A program made the position numbers and the translations under genes. Shown one piece after another: positions 1 to 12,490 of a DNA stretch of 64,000 bases. The stretch comes from Podarcis melisellensis (lineage: Eukaryota), in assembly GCA_964234715.1 (NCBI GenBank), contig OZ174284.1. One strand, given 5' to 3'. The notes beneath the pieces were generated by a model that saw nothing but the letters and a program-made list of their open reading frames with translations, made no database searches and was not told the origin of the DNA. Each line of letters opens with the position of its first letter. Positions within the stretch are counted from its first letter, which is position 1.

Positions 1-2018
1 TGGTAAGGCCAAAGCCAAAGTAGTAGAGGGAATACTTGCTTGGAATTCCTTTATTTGTGTAGGCTTTTAAAAAAACTTGTAGTCTGAGGTTTGAATGGAA
101 GTTCAGATATATTTTGTGTGGGTAAAACAACATACACAACAAAGTAAAAATCCTTTCTCTGCTAGTTCTCCAGGCGAGAGAGAGGGTATCTCATAGAAAG
201 GTATAAAGGCAGCAAAACTTGGGGTGGAAGCAGCAATAAAATTCCCTTTCACTTGCTGATTTTGCCTATAGAGGTATATGAAATTCTATTTAGCCTGCAA
301 TGCATAGTGTGTGAGGAAGTTTATAATTGAAAAGTTATGATGAGCTTTATGAAACAGCTGAGTGTGTTAAGAGAACATATTGTGCAAGATTTTAATTACA
401 GCTACAGAAGGTAAGGATTCCTAACCATTATAGAATGCTGCATGCGGACACTGCAGTTTTAAATGATCCCACTTCTGTTTTGCCATTTATTTATAGCTTG
501 CATTGAATTGCTCATGGGCACAATTACCTTTCCCACTTCATGCGTTCATTTGTGTTACCCTTTATTTGGTACCCTTTTATGGTATGTTTTCAGAGCTGAC
601 CTTGGGGGTCTTCTAGAAAAACTCTTTTACTCATATCTTTTTACAAACCTTGCTGCTTGTGTAAAGGCCAAAAAAAAAGGAACTGTTCCTCAAATAATTT
701 ACCTATATCTAGAGGATGCAGCCTTTCTGGTCTGGTTATCTCTGTTATTATGATGATATATTTCTGTAAATTACATTGGCAAGAGCTATCGTAGATGATA
801 ATTCCTCACTGGAGGAAAATTCTTGCCAGTTTTTACAAACAGAGCATCTTTCCATTCTGTTCAAATGCACATATGAAGTTTTGTGCCCTTTTAAACACAT
901 GATCAATCACAACTTTTAATACTTTTTTGAAAGTTTATTTGAGTTGAGTTCCATTGCTGCAGTTCAAGGACATGCCTTGGATCAATAACCCATTAAGCAA
1001 TCTTCACATGCCTTGCTTCAAGGTTGAATAATCATGGCTAACACCAGGGGAATACACTAACAGTTCTTCTGAGCAGACCAGGTTTGGATGATGAATTGAA
1101 GACTTCCAGAAAAACTTCCATGCAGACTCTTCTGGAAGTTTCAGGTGTCAGTGCAGTTTCATTGGGAAGAAGACTTCAAAAAAGACCGATCATTTTGGTT
1201 TTCCCCAAGAAGCTCTGGGGGAAAAATACAGAAGCATGTTTGGGGGGGGGGATGACGACCTGGCTGCTGGAGGAACTATTGCATTTTAAAGCAGTAATTT
1301 AGGTGATAATTTGTTTACAATGAGAAAAATAAACCAATGACCTCTGGGGTATAGGCAGATTGCAGCAAATATCTTCTCTAATAAACTCCTCTCCTGGAAG
1401 ATGGCCTAATTCTAATTTTAAGACAGCTGTCACAATTAAAGTCTTGCCTTGTTCCACAGTTTATGCTATGGTTGATTCCTGTTGTCTTGCAGTCCTTGAC
1501 TGAATAAATAACTTAAGGTGGCCAGTCAAATCCTGTATTTAGGAAGCCAGTTCACTTTAGAATGAAATCTGGTGTCAGCAAAAATACTTGAAGACAGTAG
1601 CACTAAATTTGGAAAGAAGAAAAACATCTTTGCACACACCAAGTTGCCAATTTCAAACCAATGTTCATTCCCTTTAGACTTCTAGAGGCTTTCAGTTAGG
1701 AAATGTATCGGTGCTGGGAACAGTTTAAACAAATTTTTTATGGAACCAGGGTGACGAGAACATATGTCTACTTCCTGCATATATATATATATATATATAA
1801 ACTATTTGACAGAAGTAATGGAATTTGACAGTCAAAATAGAACCTGCAGTCCTCTGAGGTGCTTATAATCCTCTTTATTGTACATGATGTCACTGTCAAG
1901 TTCCTTCATACCCTGTTTGTTCTGATCAGCATTGGCCCTTTGTCATGAATGTGTCTCCCTTAGTTCTAGCTCATTAGCCATGTGGTTTGTGTTCACTTCT
2001 TTTTGTTTCCTTCCTTAG

Positions 2019-2273
2019 CCTCAACGTGGCTGTAGCATGTCGGTTTGTCCTTCCCCTCTTTCTTTCCCTCCGCTGTCCCAAATCCCTCCCAGTGCTCCTT
2101 CTACTCCACCATCAGTGTTATGTGCACCTCTTTCTCCTTCTTACCTTCGGACTGCCCCTGAGGAAACTTTTGGTGAAAAGCTTTCCAAAGCCTTGGAGAA
2201 TGTCCTGCCCATGCACACCGCCTCTCCACGCAGCAAGCGGCGTTCCAGCCTGCCTTCCCTCTTTCTCCACCCT
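2019..2273 (+). CDS. WNK1: WNK1 alternative exon 8b (85 codons, phase 0-0)
   Basis: Acceptor ttccttag|CCT, donor CCT|gtatgt; translates PQRGCSMSVCPSPL...APEETFGEKLSKALENVLPMH...RRSSLPSLFLHP, matching recalled mammalian exon 8b. Confidence 0.92.
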
Positions 2274-3660
2274 GTATGTCACTGTATGCCTCCTGGCACA
2301 TTGCAGATAAGTCACCACTAAATACATCCTGGCGACATTCTTCAAATTAGATAAGAGACAAAATGGGGACTGTGTTCTCCTGTGCTTCTGGAAAGTTGAT
2401 TCTTCCTCCTCCTCCAAAATCTAAGAGTTAATGTGCCTGAAGTTTCAGGGAAAAGCTGAAGTGCAGCATGCAGTTTAAATGAAATCTGCAAATTATATGG
2501 ATTAGTTCTGATCTGATTTATACACTTTGATTTTGGGGCTACAGTTAATAATTCTTCAAATCATATGTATATGTAGCTGGCTAGAACCATGCCAGTGCCA
2601 TTGAAAACCATCATGGGGCATCTGTGAATGCTTGCTGCCATTTAACAGGGGGGAAAGTTTCCAGCTCTGACCATTATGGAGAAAAGGTTCTGGTGAGCAG
2701 GCAGTATAAATCAAAGACGCAAATTGCTAGAAGCCTAGTTCTTCTGTTCTGCTATTAATTTTTGTCCTGTGCTGCTTCCTTGTGTACTACATTTCTCCGT
2801 TCCTTGTTCTTACTTCCAGAACTGATGCCAAAACTAATGTGATGGTCACTGCTTCCACTTGGGGATAATTGATTTCCTATTAATTTATTCTTGCTTTGAT
2901 TGAAGTGATAAGTCATTAGAGCAGGAGAGGAAGATAGAATCACTTTCTACAGAACAGAAAAACACATTGCCTTCTATTCACAGAGGGTGTAGGACTAATC
3001 CTCACTCTGTACTCTTAATTGTGTCATATAAGAGTTTGCTCCTGCTTTTCCAGAATATAAATCAAAACTTTGGTGCGGTGGGAGAGAGAGATAAATAATA
3101 GTAAGTGGCATATAAGGGTGAAGTGGCATATAAGCTTTATACAGGAGTGCTATAATTGATCCCATTGATATTTGCTACAATCTTTTGTGCATGAATTAGG
3201 AGATTAGAAATCTCCTTGGTGATGCACTAAAATGTTCAACACTTAATTGATGGTACACATTTGAAAGGACAGTGAGTTTCTGAAGAAGTTAAATTTCTTG
3301 TTTTCCCCCAGATTCACAACAGAATCTTTTCCTTGAAAGGCAACTAATTTTGATAGGAAATAAAGGATGTGTTGAGAAATAACCATTTTCATTAAGGAAA
3401 GTTGTCCAAAGTTTTTTATATTGACAGAAGGAGATGGGTGGAAAAGCAGCTTCTAACAAAAGCAAATACTCATATAGACACTGATATCTGCCAAGGATGT
3501 ATTTAATGGATATGTATAACCCTTCAAAGCATTTTACGTGTTGACCATGAACTAGGCGTAGCCATTCTATAAGGTTACTAAAGAGAGCTGCCTATTGAGC
3601 TGAACATGCTAATATGCTTCTATAACGTGTGAATTACTTGTCTTGTTCATGTCAATACAG

Positions 3661-4869
3661 CCTCAATCCATGGTGCATCCGTGTGGGGGAACCCCAACGT
3701 TCCCAGATTCCCAAGCATTTTTTCCAACCGTTCATGAACGGCCAGTGTCTTTCTCGCCACCACCCATCTGCCCTTCACGGGTGGCCATTTCTCAGCGACG
3801 CAAGAGCACTTCCATCCTTGAAGCCCAAACCTGCCACTTCCAGCCCTTGCTCAAGACTGGTCAGAGTTTTGTTCTCCCTGTTGGTAGTCCAGCCACTTGG
3901 ACACCAGAGGGACTGGTGACAGTGAGCAGCACAGCTGGGGAGCATATGCAGGCTAACCCTGGTTTTGACTCGGCTCAAGGGTTGAGTGATTACAGATCTG
4001 GACAAGCGTCTTCAAAGGATGCTACAAGCATGTTGACTCAAGAAGCAATGTATTTAGTGGGCATGCACTACCAGTCCCAGTTGCCAGAACACTATGATAC
4101 AGTGCCCCAGAATCCCCAGGGGACTGAGCAACACTTACAGCAGGCTCCTGAACAGAGAAATTTGCAAGGCGGCCCCCCGCAGAGTTCTACTTTTGAATAT
4201 CAAACTGGGCAGCCATTTCTGGCAAGACAGATTCAGAACTTGAGACTGGATTCTGGAATGAATCCACCATCACCATTGTCTAGTATGTCAGCACCACTGA
4301 GTGCAGATGCCACACAAATGAATTTTCACCCAGTATTTGTTCCACATTCTGCACCTGCCATACTCACTCACAGTGGGGACGGTCGAGCAAGTTGTGTGTT
4401 TGAGTTCCATGTTCAAGCACCCAGTGCAACTGCAGGAGACGGTGCTGTCCTCTCACAGCGCATTTATAGAAATCGTCGAGGCTCCACAGATTTTAACCAG
4501 GAGGAGTCCCCTCAGACAACCGTACAGCCTGGTCGTCTTCAGCCTGTAACGGAAGAGCAGTGCAGCTACCTAGGTTCCGAGTTCATGGTGCCTAGAGGCA
4601 GTTCTGTCTTACAGAGCTGGCCAGAAGGTAGCCCAGGATACTCCAGTGATTCATCACAGTTGACTTCCTCAGACACTGGTGACTTTCTTTCTCCTCCTCC
4701 CACTGGGGTATCGGCATCGTATGGTTCAGGCTTGCCTCTGCCTGCTGCCCAGCTGACTCAGAAGGCATTTCAGGATTCACAGATCATCTTCCACTTCCCA
4801 CAGGGAACTTCATCTCAACAGGCTTTCTCGGCACTGGCTTCATCAGGACCATCTACACTCTATCCTCAG
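3661..4869 (+). CDS. WNK1: WNK1 HSN2 exon (403 codons, phase 0-0)
   Basis: Acceptor atacag|CCTCAATCCATG; PQSMVHPCGGTPTFPDSQ...SQRRKSTS...FHPVFVPHSAPA...RLQPVTEE...SSDSSQLTSSD; donor CAG|gttaca; lies inside ORF 3643..4911. Confidence 0.95.
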
Positions 4870-7394
4870 GTTACAGGAACAAATGTTTCCAAATTACTTC
4901 GTTTTTCGTAAACCCCCCCCCCCCCCGCAACTTCATAGTGCAAAACTCCTTGTATTCCTTATTCTGTTTCAACCTTTCCTTAATCTCCTCACATCCCTGC
5001 AAATTACTGCAGTATTTGAGATTAGAACAGTATTGTGTGGTTGTTGAAGCTTCTGTGGTCCCAGCTTACTAGGTCAGCCCTCATTGTGATCAGTATATGT
5101 CGTATGTATTGATGGTTGTCAAAACCTTGTCGTGTGAGCCTGTTTAATATGGTAACAAGTGCTGGTCATTTAACAATGTTGAAAAAAATTCTTTTTTACT
5201 TATCTGATGCTCACTTGGATGCTCAGGTAAGAGAAACACAGACTGTTTCACAGCCTGAAGATGTACTAGACTGGATGAAGTAATAACAGTTCTTTAAACA
5301 CAAACCAAAGCAGTCCCACTCTATATTCATACTGTGCCAAGTAGTGCCATCCTTTCTTAACACATGCACTTTCTTGGTCTTATTGTAGGTTAGAGACACT
5401 GTGTTGTACAGAACTGATTAGAGTTGGAGGTTTTTCTGTCTTATTGTTGCAGAGGTCAACAAGTGTCAATCTCTAGGTCAAACCACCCTCCTGCGTGATG
5501 TGTGTTTTCTAACTGCCAACCGTAGAGGGGTATTCATAAGCAGTAATAGCAGGAAGGTGTGAGAGTTTGGCTTATTCTGTCCTCACCATAAATAGGTAAG
5601 GGGACTGTCCAGCAAAATTATTGGCTGACCAGTTGGTGTGGTCTATGAAATAGATTTTGTGAGTCTTCAAAGCATTGCAAAAATGCACAAACCTGTTTGA
5701 TTTGTAGGACAGAGACAAGGACAGAGACAATGATAGTGTGCTCCAAGGAAGACTTTATTACTCTATTTACAACTCCCTGGGAAAACGTGGTGTAACATTG
5801 AAGAAGGACTATTCTGCAGTCATAAAACTGCAATAGCCTGGTTCATACATTATGCTAAGCCATGGCTTGTTTAGCCAAAGCTAAACAAGGTTTGCTTGAA
5901 TATCAAATCCCTCCAGAGCAGACCACAAGGTGAAGCTATAGTGGTGGTTGACTTACAAACGGTGGCTTGTTTTCTTCTAGAGTTTGACATATCTAAATCC
6001 ATCAGTCTTGCCTCACTTGTAAACTGTTGCCTTCAGCCCTCGATTGTCAATATGAGGACAATAAGCTGACTTTCTTTACAGGTTTCATGAGATAATGTAT
6101 GTCCAGTGTTTTAGTAAAGCACCATGCAAGTATTTAGTGTCTTGGAATTAAATGTTTTTTTCTGAAAACAAAACCTCACTTTTTACTGATGGCAGCATTT
6201 CAGTAACCGTAACAGTAGTGAAACTAGTGATGTGAGGGTTTTATTCCTTTACTCACTTTATATTGGTGACTTGTAACTTGTTGCTTTTTCTGGGTCCTAG
6301 TAGTCTTTTTTAGGAACAGTAGTCACATTTTTGGTGGGGGGACGAACAGTTTTTATTACTGAGACACGGGAATGCTGTATTTACAAGTTCCTTTGTGGAT
6401 TTCCTTGGAGAAATCAGCAGAAGTTGAGAAATGTTTCTGTGGTGAAACTTGAACATAAACAGGCTAAATAGATTCCACAGAAGCACTTAATTCAGATCCA
6501 AGCCTTACAGGATGAACCTCACAAGCTAAGTGAATAGTATTTTCTCCCACCTCTCAAAATAAGCCCACAGCTCTGTCCCATGTTTCCACCATACTACCAG
6601 CGTATATAGAGCATGCTTGTTTGACAACAATCTGACACCATACGTTTCTATAGGTTTGACTTGGCTAAATGAACTCCTCGGCTACCTTTTTTCTTTCAAA
6701 TTCTTTGTGTAATTGTCCAAATATTGTATACCTTATTCAACCTTGTCACTGCAACATTGCAAGCTTTAGCTCTGATTTTTCCACTTTGTACATACCATTT
6801 TTCCATTATATACTGAGATAAAGCCCAGAATGTGGTATACATTTCAGTATGCTGCAAATGTATTTTTCAAAAATGATCATTGCCATTCCAGTTTGGGTTG
6901 TTGGCTTTTCTTTTCTTTACATCCATTCATGATTATTGTGCCTTGCTTACTTATTAAAATTGGAAGTTATTAGCTGGAAATCAAAATTCCAGGACAAGTC
7001 TTAGTTATGATGCTTATTAAGATGAATTAATACTGGCCTAGATTACATATTGTTTGTAAATGCAGATGTTTCATGGAGCTAAACCAAACTACGGCTCATT
7101 GTTTCCTCTTGTGCTAGCGTAGCCTGATGCAGATCTTTGACAAACTGCAGGAGGATGAGTTTTGCATTGTAGAAATGCATCATGCAGAACTTAGACTTGC
7201 AACTTGTATTAGATGCTACAAAAATAATGCATTGTAAAACAATGCATTGCAATGACAGTACTTTGTTTGAAGCGTCCGTATTGAATGCTGTTCTAATTCA
7301 TTGGGGATGTTTAACTACAGGCCAGTGTTGTTCAGGTGCTTATTTTCAGTATAGAAGTTGGCAAAGAATCTGATTCTCTGTCTTTTTCCTTTAG

Positions 7395-7472
7395 GTGCAG
7401 ATGAAAGGGCAGCCAACCTCAAATGCTTCATCAGTTGGCACATCATCCCAGCTAATGCAGCCAAGTCAACAG
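7395..7472 (+). CDS. WNK1: WNK1 exon 9
   Basis: tttag|GTG ... CAG|gtaatg; VQMKGQPTSNASSVGTSSQLMQPSQQ, 78 nt, phase 0-0. Confidence 0.8.
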
Positions 7473-8169
7473 GTAATGATGAGCAACTGTTTTTCAAATA
7501 TTTCTGTAGGTTGAGGATATTCAGTGCAGTTATTTTTTTGTAGTGCTTTCAGTGTTTGACTCGGTAGCAGGTTGGACTACTCTATGGCTCTCCAGTTGAT
7601 GCTGGACTCCAGCTCCCATCACCATGAGCAAATACAGGCAATGGTCAGAGAAGATGGGGGTTGTAGTTCAACAACATCTAGAGGACAAGAAGTCAGCTAC
7701 CTTGTTTCTAGGTAGGAAAGGTGGGTCATGGTTAAGTTAACATATACTAAAGTGAATTTTGTACATTTTTTTCTGATTCCTTTGAGGATTTGCTGTGGAA
7801 TTTGTTTAAGATTTGTATTTTTAAAATTTTACTTTTCTGCTTACAAGTTATAGGTGATTATCATTCCTTTGACTTAGCTTGATTTATTCTGTATGTTTGC
7901 TCCAGAAATGTGCCCAAAATAATATTTGGTGAAAGTTTGTTAATGTGTTGAAAATAATTAACTGTAGAAATCAGTCCCATTTAACAGTTAGCTTTCATCT
8001 TGCATGAGACAATTTCATGTGGTGTTCCTATGTAACATTTCTCAAAAAGCTTTGCTCTGCATGCTAACTTTTCTAGTATTAGTATTTGGCAAGGTATAGA
8101 TAGAATGTTCCTGGTTCCAGTGAACTATGATTTCAAAGAGTAAAAACAAGCAGTGAACTTGAGCTATAT

Positions 8170-8431
8170 CTCCTCTAAGCTCTGAGGGCCTTCTAGCTGC
8201 TCCCTTATTGCGAGAAGTGAGGTCTTCTTGGTAGTGGCACCCATCCTGTGGAACTTCCTCCCGTCAGATATCAAAGGGATAAATAATTATACAACCTTCC
8301 GTAGACACCTGAAGGCAGCCCTGTATCAGGAAACTTTTATTGTGTGGTGTTCCATTGTGTTTCTGTATATTCTGTTGGAAGCCACCAAGAGTCCAGAGTA
8401 GCTGGGGCAAGCCAGTTAGATGGGCAGGGTA

Positions 8432-8462
<31 letters not shown>
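8170..8462 (+). mobile_element. L2/CR1-group LINE 3' fragment with (ATT)n tail
   Basis: gtggcacccatcctgtggaac...gacacctgaaggcagccctgt...agatgggcagggtac followed by an (att)n run, resembling squamate L2-type 3' ends. Confidence 0.65.
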
Positions 8463-8465
<3 letters not shown>

Positions 8466-8747
8466 AATTCTTCCTATGTCTGGCTTCAGAACACACTGTT
8501 TACTGTGTTATTTGAACTGGGAAATGGTGTTTCAAGATCTCCCTATGAACTTAGATTGCAAGATATGTTTGGTTTGGGTTTCCACAAGGCCTTAAATTAC
8601 AGTTTTCTGGTTTGAGCTCCCTAATTTTTTAAGCCAAGTTCCAATGAAAGGCTGAACTTCACCTTTGTCTGAGTGCCAGTTGTTGATTCCCCTCCCACCA
8701 TGTACATGCTTGTATAGTGTCACCTCCCCGCCCCTGACCTTGAAGTA

Positions 8748-9088
8748 AAGGTAAAGGGACCCCTGACCATTAGGTCCAGTCGTGGCCAACTCTGGGGTTG
8801 TGGTGCTCATCTCGCTTTATTGGCTGAGGTAGCTGGCGTACAGCTTCCGGGTCATGTGGCCAGCATGACTAAGTCGCTTTTGGTGAACCAGAGTAGCACA
8901 CGGAAATGCCGTTTACCTTCTCACCGGAGCGGTACTTATTTATCTATTTGCACTTGATGTGCTTTCAAACTGCTAGGTTGGCAGGAGCAGGGACCGTGCA
9001 ACGGGAGCTCACAGGGATTCAAACCGCCGACCTTCTGATCAGCAAGTCCTAGGCTCTGTGGTTTAACCCACAGCAGCACCCACGTCCC
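8748..9088 (-). mobile_element. Full-length Sauria-type SINE with target-site duplication
   Basis: Reverse complement reads gggacgtgggtgctgctgtgggttaaaccacagagcctagg...ggacctaatggtcaggggtccctttaccttt; TSD tgaccttgaagta (8735-8747) / tgacctttaagta (9090-9102). Confidence 0.92.
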
Positions 9089-9320
9089 TTGACCTTTAAG
9101 TAGGCTGTGCTTATTTTCAGTTGTTTCTCAGGAAGTTTGTGCTAACTCTACTTCAGTACTGTTGAACATCTTAAAACAAAATATTATCATTAGAATACAC
9201 ACATACACAGCAGGAATTCAGATATACCCAAGAGAAGATCAACTGCTGCAAAATATTTCCGGATAAAAGGTGTTTTTGTCCAGTGTAAATAATCTGCCGT
9301 TGTTTTTTCTTCTATGACAG

Positions 9321-9464
9321 AGCACCCAGCCTTCAGCCTCTTCACAACAAACTGGGCAATACCAACTTCAGCAGCCTTCAGTTTCCAGTGGAGCTGCTCC
9401 ATCGCAGCCAGTTACACAGCAAGCACAAATAATGTCTGTGCCTCAGGTAGCAGCTGGGACACAG
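9321..9464 (+). CDS. WNK1: WNK1 exon 10
   Basis: gacag|AGC ... CAG|gtaaac; STQPSASSQQTGQYQLQQ...VPQVAAGTQ, 144 nt. Confidence 0.85.
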
Positions 9465-10125
9465 GTAAACTACAACTTGCTAGCTCCTGGAAGGCTTCTG
9501 TCTGGACTACCTGAATTGTTTGCAGCTAAGCCCCCTTCATTTATGTGACAAAACAGGGTATATATATATCTATACCTAGTTGGAAATGTGTTGTCTGGAA
9601 GAGTACAATGAAAGTATTAGGATAAGGAAAATCAGTGTATTAAATGGGAAGACTTGACCCATCAACTTTTGTCATGGTCTAAAATGCAATGCCTGATTTT
9701 GAAAAAGTTAGAAAACCTGTGTGTTGTTTGAGAGTGCATGTGTGTGTGTGCATAGTTTTTGGGGTTTTTTAATCAGTGTAGGAGGTCAGTGGCTCAGTAT
9801 CCCAACACTGAGTGCTCTTCAAGATGAGTCTCCTTTTTTCTCCACATTTCCCTCCTTCACTCTTTGCCCTAGAGGCTTTTGGCTGACTCCAGATTGGTCC
9901 TGTAGATGTATATACTTTTGAATCCCAGAATACTAAAATTTTGTGGCAATTTTGCTTAAGTTTCCTGAAAAATTTCCTGTTGCATTTCTCGCTCTGCTTT
10001 TTGGCACTAACAAGAGTATCTCTATATGTTGGTCGAGTGGCTTTTAATTCCCCCTGACCTCAGGCTCCTACACCCATATGAGGGGTTATTAGAGGTGTGT
10101 TCTATATAAACTGATGCCATGCTAT

Positions 10126-10217
10126 AATAATAATATATTATTATTATTACTACTACTACTACTACTACTATTATTATTATTATTATTATTACTACCCCAC
10201 CCATCTGGCTGGGTGTC
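10126..10217 (-). repeat. Compound (TAT/TAC)n microsatellite attached to a short L2-type tail
   Basis: tattattattactactact...ccccacccatctggctggg, complementary to the tail type seen at 8400-8462. Confidence 0.7.
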
Positions 10218-10460
10218 TTGACCTTGTTTCTCCATCCTGAAATTCTCCTTCGATAACAAGGATAATTTCTCCAAAATGTTAAAGATAGGCATCAAAAAAG
10301 GCCACCCAAAACTCCCAGCCACTCTGTCAAATATATTCCTTCCCTGCTCCTGTTAAGTGTGGTGTAAACATTTCTCCCCTTTTCTTGGACTAATGCAATT
10401 AAAAGCTTGCTTCCTGCAACCTTTCTCCTTAAAGGTCTATCTTTTTCTTTACCTCCCCAG

Positions 10461-10934
10461 CTTCCTGTTTCCCAGCCAGTGCCGATCATCCAAGGTGAAA
10501 CACAGTTACCTATGGCAGTGCCTTCCCTTCCTCAGCCTTCAGTTGCCCCTGTCATGCCCATTGGCTCTCATTTTCTCCCTATGGGCCCGCCCTTACAGAC
10601 TCCCCTTCATCCACAGTTCTCAGTTTCTCAGATGCCCATAGCAACACCTCATGTGTCAGTGGCTCAGCCTGGTTTCCCAACTCTACCCATCTCCATGGCA
10701 TCTGGTGTTAGCCAGCCATTGCTCACTTTGGCCACATCTGCTGCAGCAGCTGCTATTCCTGTGGGTTCAACTGTTGTCCCTAGCCAGCTTCCAACTCTTC
10801 TGCAGCCCGTGGCGCAGCTGTCCGGCCAGGTTCTCCCACAGCTTCTACAGCCATCTGTTCAGCCCATGGGATTGCCAGCCACACTTGGACAAACTGCTGA
10901 AGTACCACTTCCACCTACAGATGCTGTGTACCAG
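10461..10934 (+). CDS. WNK1: WNK1 exon 11 (alternative in mammals)
   Basis: ccccag|CTT ... CAG|gtattg; LPVSQPVPIIQGE...VVPSQLPTLLQPV...DAVYQ, 474 nt. Confidence 0.93.
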
Positions 10935-11137
10935 GTATTGTGGCAGTCAAGAAAGAGTCCCTCTCTTCTGCTCCTCTGGTGCTTTAGACACTGCTAAGAT
11001 GTCCTGAAAAGTTACTTGCAGTCTTTGGAAGGAGAGGCCAAATGGTTTTTCAGTATACAAGGGAAAGTCCTGATTTCAAACCAAATTTGATTAGTAATGG
11101 TATTTTGTTTTTGCATTGGTAGTTTTACTGAGGAATG

Positions 11138-11279
11138 AATCGTAGAATTATAGAATTGGAAGGCACCCTGAGGCTCACCTAGTCCAACCCCCTGCAATGC
11201 AGGAACATGCAGGTGTCCCATATGGGGCTTGAACCTGCAACCTTGGTATTATCAATACCACACTCTAACCAACTGAGCT
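11138..11279 (-). mobile_element. tRNA-Ile-like SINE with CR1-type 3' tail
   Basis: Reverse complement agctcagttggttagagtgtggtattgataataccaaggttgcaggttcaag...cctgcattgcagggggttggactag...ttccaattctataattcta. Confidence 0.8.
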
Positions 11280-12214
11280 GGAAGAGTAATGTTGACTGAC
11301 ATGCAAATGAGTGTCAGATCACTGAAGGGCCACAGTTTCCCCACTCAAATACCAGTGCAGGGTGGGGAGCCTGTAGCTCTCCTGAAGTTGTTGGACTACA
11401 TCAGCCCCAGCCAGCAGGGCCAATGAGGTATGGGAGTTGCATCTGGAAGCTACAGGTTCTCTATTCCACTACTACCTTATGTTTGGGTGTGATGAGGACA
11501 TCTAGCAAATCAGGTGTTTCATCTCAGTTAATAGATTCAAGCTATGAAATTGCCAGGCTGCAGTGATAATTTGCTGGAGTGCTGGCCAGGCAGTTTTGAC
11601 TGTCAGCTGGAGCACAGCATAAAAAGCTTAACAAGACTTAAATTGTGAAAGATGCGGAAGCACCATGATATACACATGGCAAGCAAACAAATTTCCCATG
11701 CTCCAATTTTAGGGAAACATATTGAACTTGTCTTCAGTAGACAGCACAACAAAAATAAATAACAAGTGAAACCTCTCTTTTTGTCTCTGGAAAGAGACTG
11801 GCAAGCAGGCATTAGAAGAGATGGAGCCCTGTTGCTCTGACTTGACTGGGGCCTGGTCATCTGACAGCTTCTTTGCAGACCTGGTAACTTGATGGAGCAT
11901 TTATAGTTAACAGGACGGGGAGGACCTTTTTAGTACACAGGTTGCTTTAAGGTCCCTTTAGTTGTGTGGTGCACTGCTGTTCCAGAGTGCATGATGGCTT
12001 GGGATTTAACATTGACCCCAAGGCAAGTAGGCTTTGTTCCTTTTTAAAATAAGTTACCCTGTAAGTTGTGCAACAAATCTAAGGAGTTCATGGCAGGAGG
12101 GAGTTAAAAATCCTATGCAGCTTGCCTTGCTTTCCCTCCCTTCCTATCTGTTTCATACTGTTTCCCCCTGAATTACCCTAAATTACAATAACTTGGCTTC
12201 CTCATTTATCGCAG

Positions 12215-12490
12215 GGCTTCCCACCTCGGCTACCAGCACAATATACTGGAGACTCAAACATTGCTTCTTCTGTGGCCTCTGCTTGCCTCCCTTCTGCAGT
12301 ACTATCCCCTCCCTTACCCACAGATGTACTGGCTCAGCCAGGCTATCTTGCCGCAATGGTACAGCCTTATGTGGAGCAGAATGTTTTAGTTTCTTTGGGC
12401 AGTCTAGGCGGACAGGTTCAAGTGCCACAGCCTGCTTCCTGTTTAGCACAGCAGGTCTCATCTTCAGCTTCCCAGCAGACAGCAGTAGAG
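12215..12490 (+). CDS. WNK1: WNK1 exon 12 (alternative in mammals)
   Basis: tcgcag|GGC ... GAG|gtaaat; GFPPRLPAQYTGDSNIA...VQPYVEQN...GGQVQV...QQTAVE, 276 nt. Confidence 0.93.

Noticed and set aside
400-416. Strong donor-like AAG|gtaagg as a possible end of WNK1 exon 8
   Set aside because: The upstream sequence shows no similarity to the expected exon 8 peptide; the window most likely starts within intron 8
1085-1160. ATGATGA box C-like motif plus hairpin as a C/D snoRNA
   Set aside because: No box D (CTGA) or terminal stem at a suitable distance
3103-3134. Short direct repeats (aagtggcatataag twice; also a 16-bp duplication at 15359-15390)
   Set aside because: Two-copy slippage duplications with no array structure; nothing CRISPR-like in this eukaryotic window
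3643-4911. 422-aa ORF as an independent single-exon gene
   Set aside because: Explained as the WNK1 HSN2 exon with in-frame splice sites; the track start is a TTG in the intron
11205-11279. tRNA-Ile gene
   Set aside because: Decayed stems and direct fusion to a CR1-type tail indicate a SINE head
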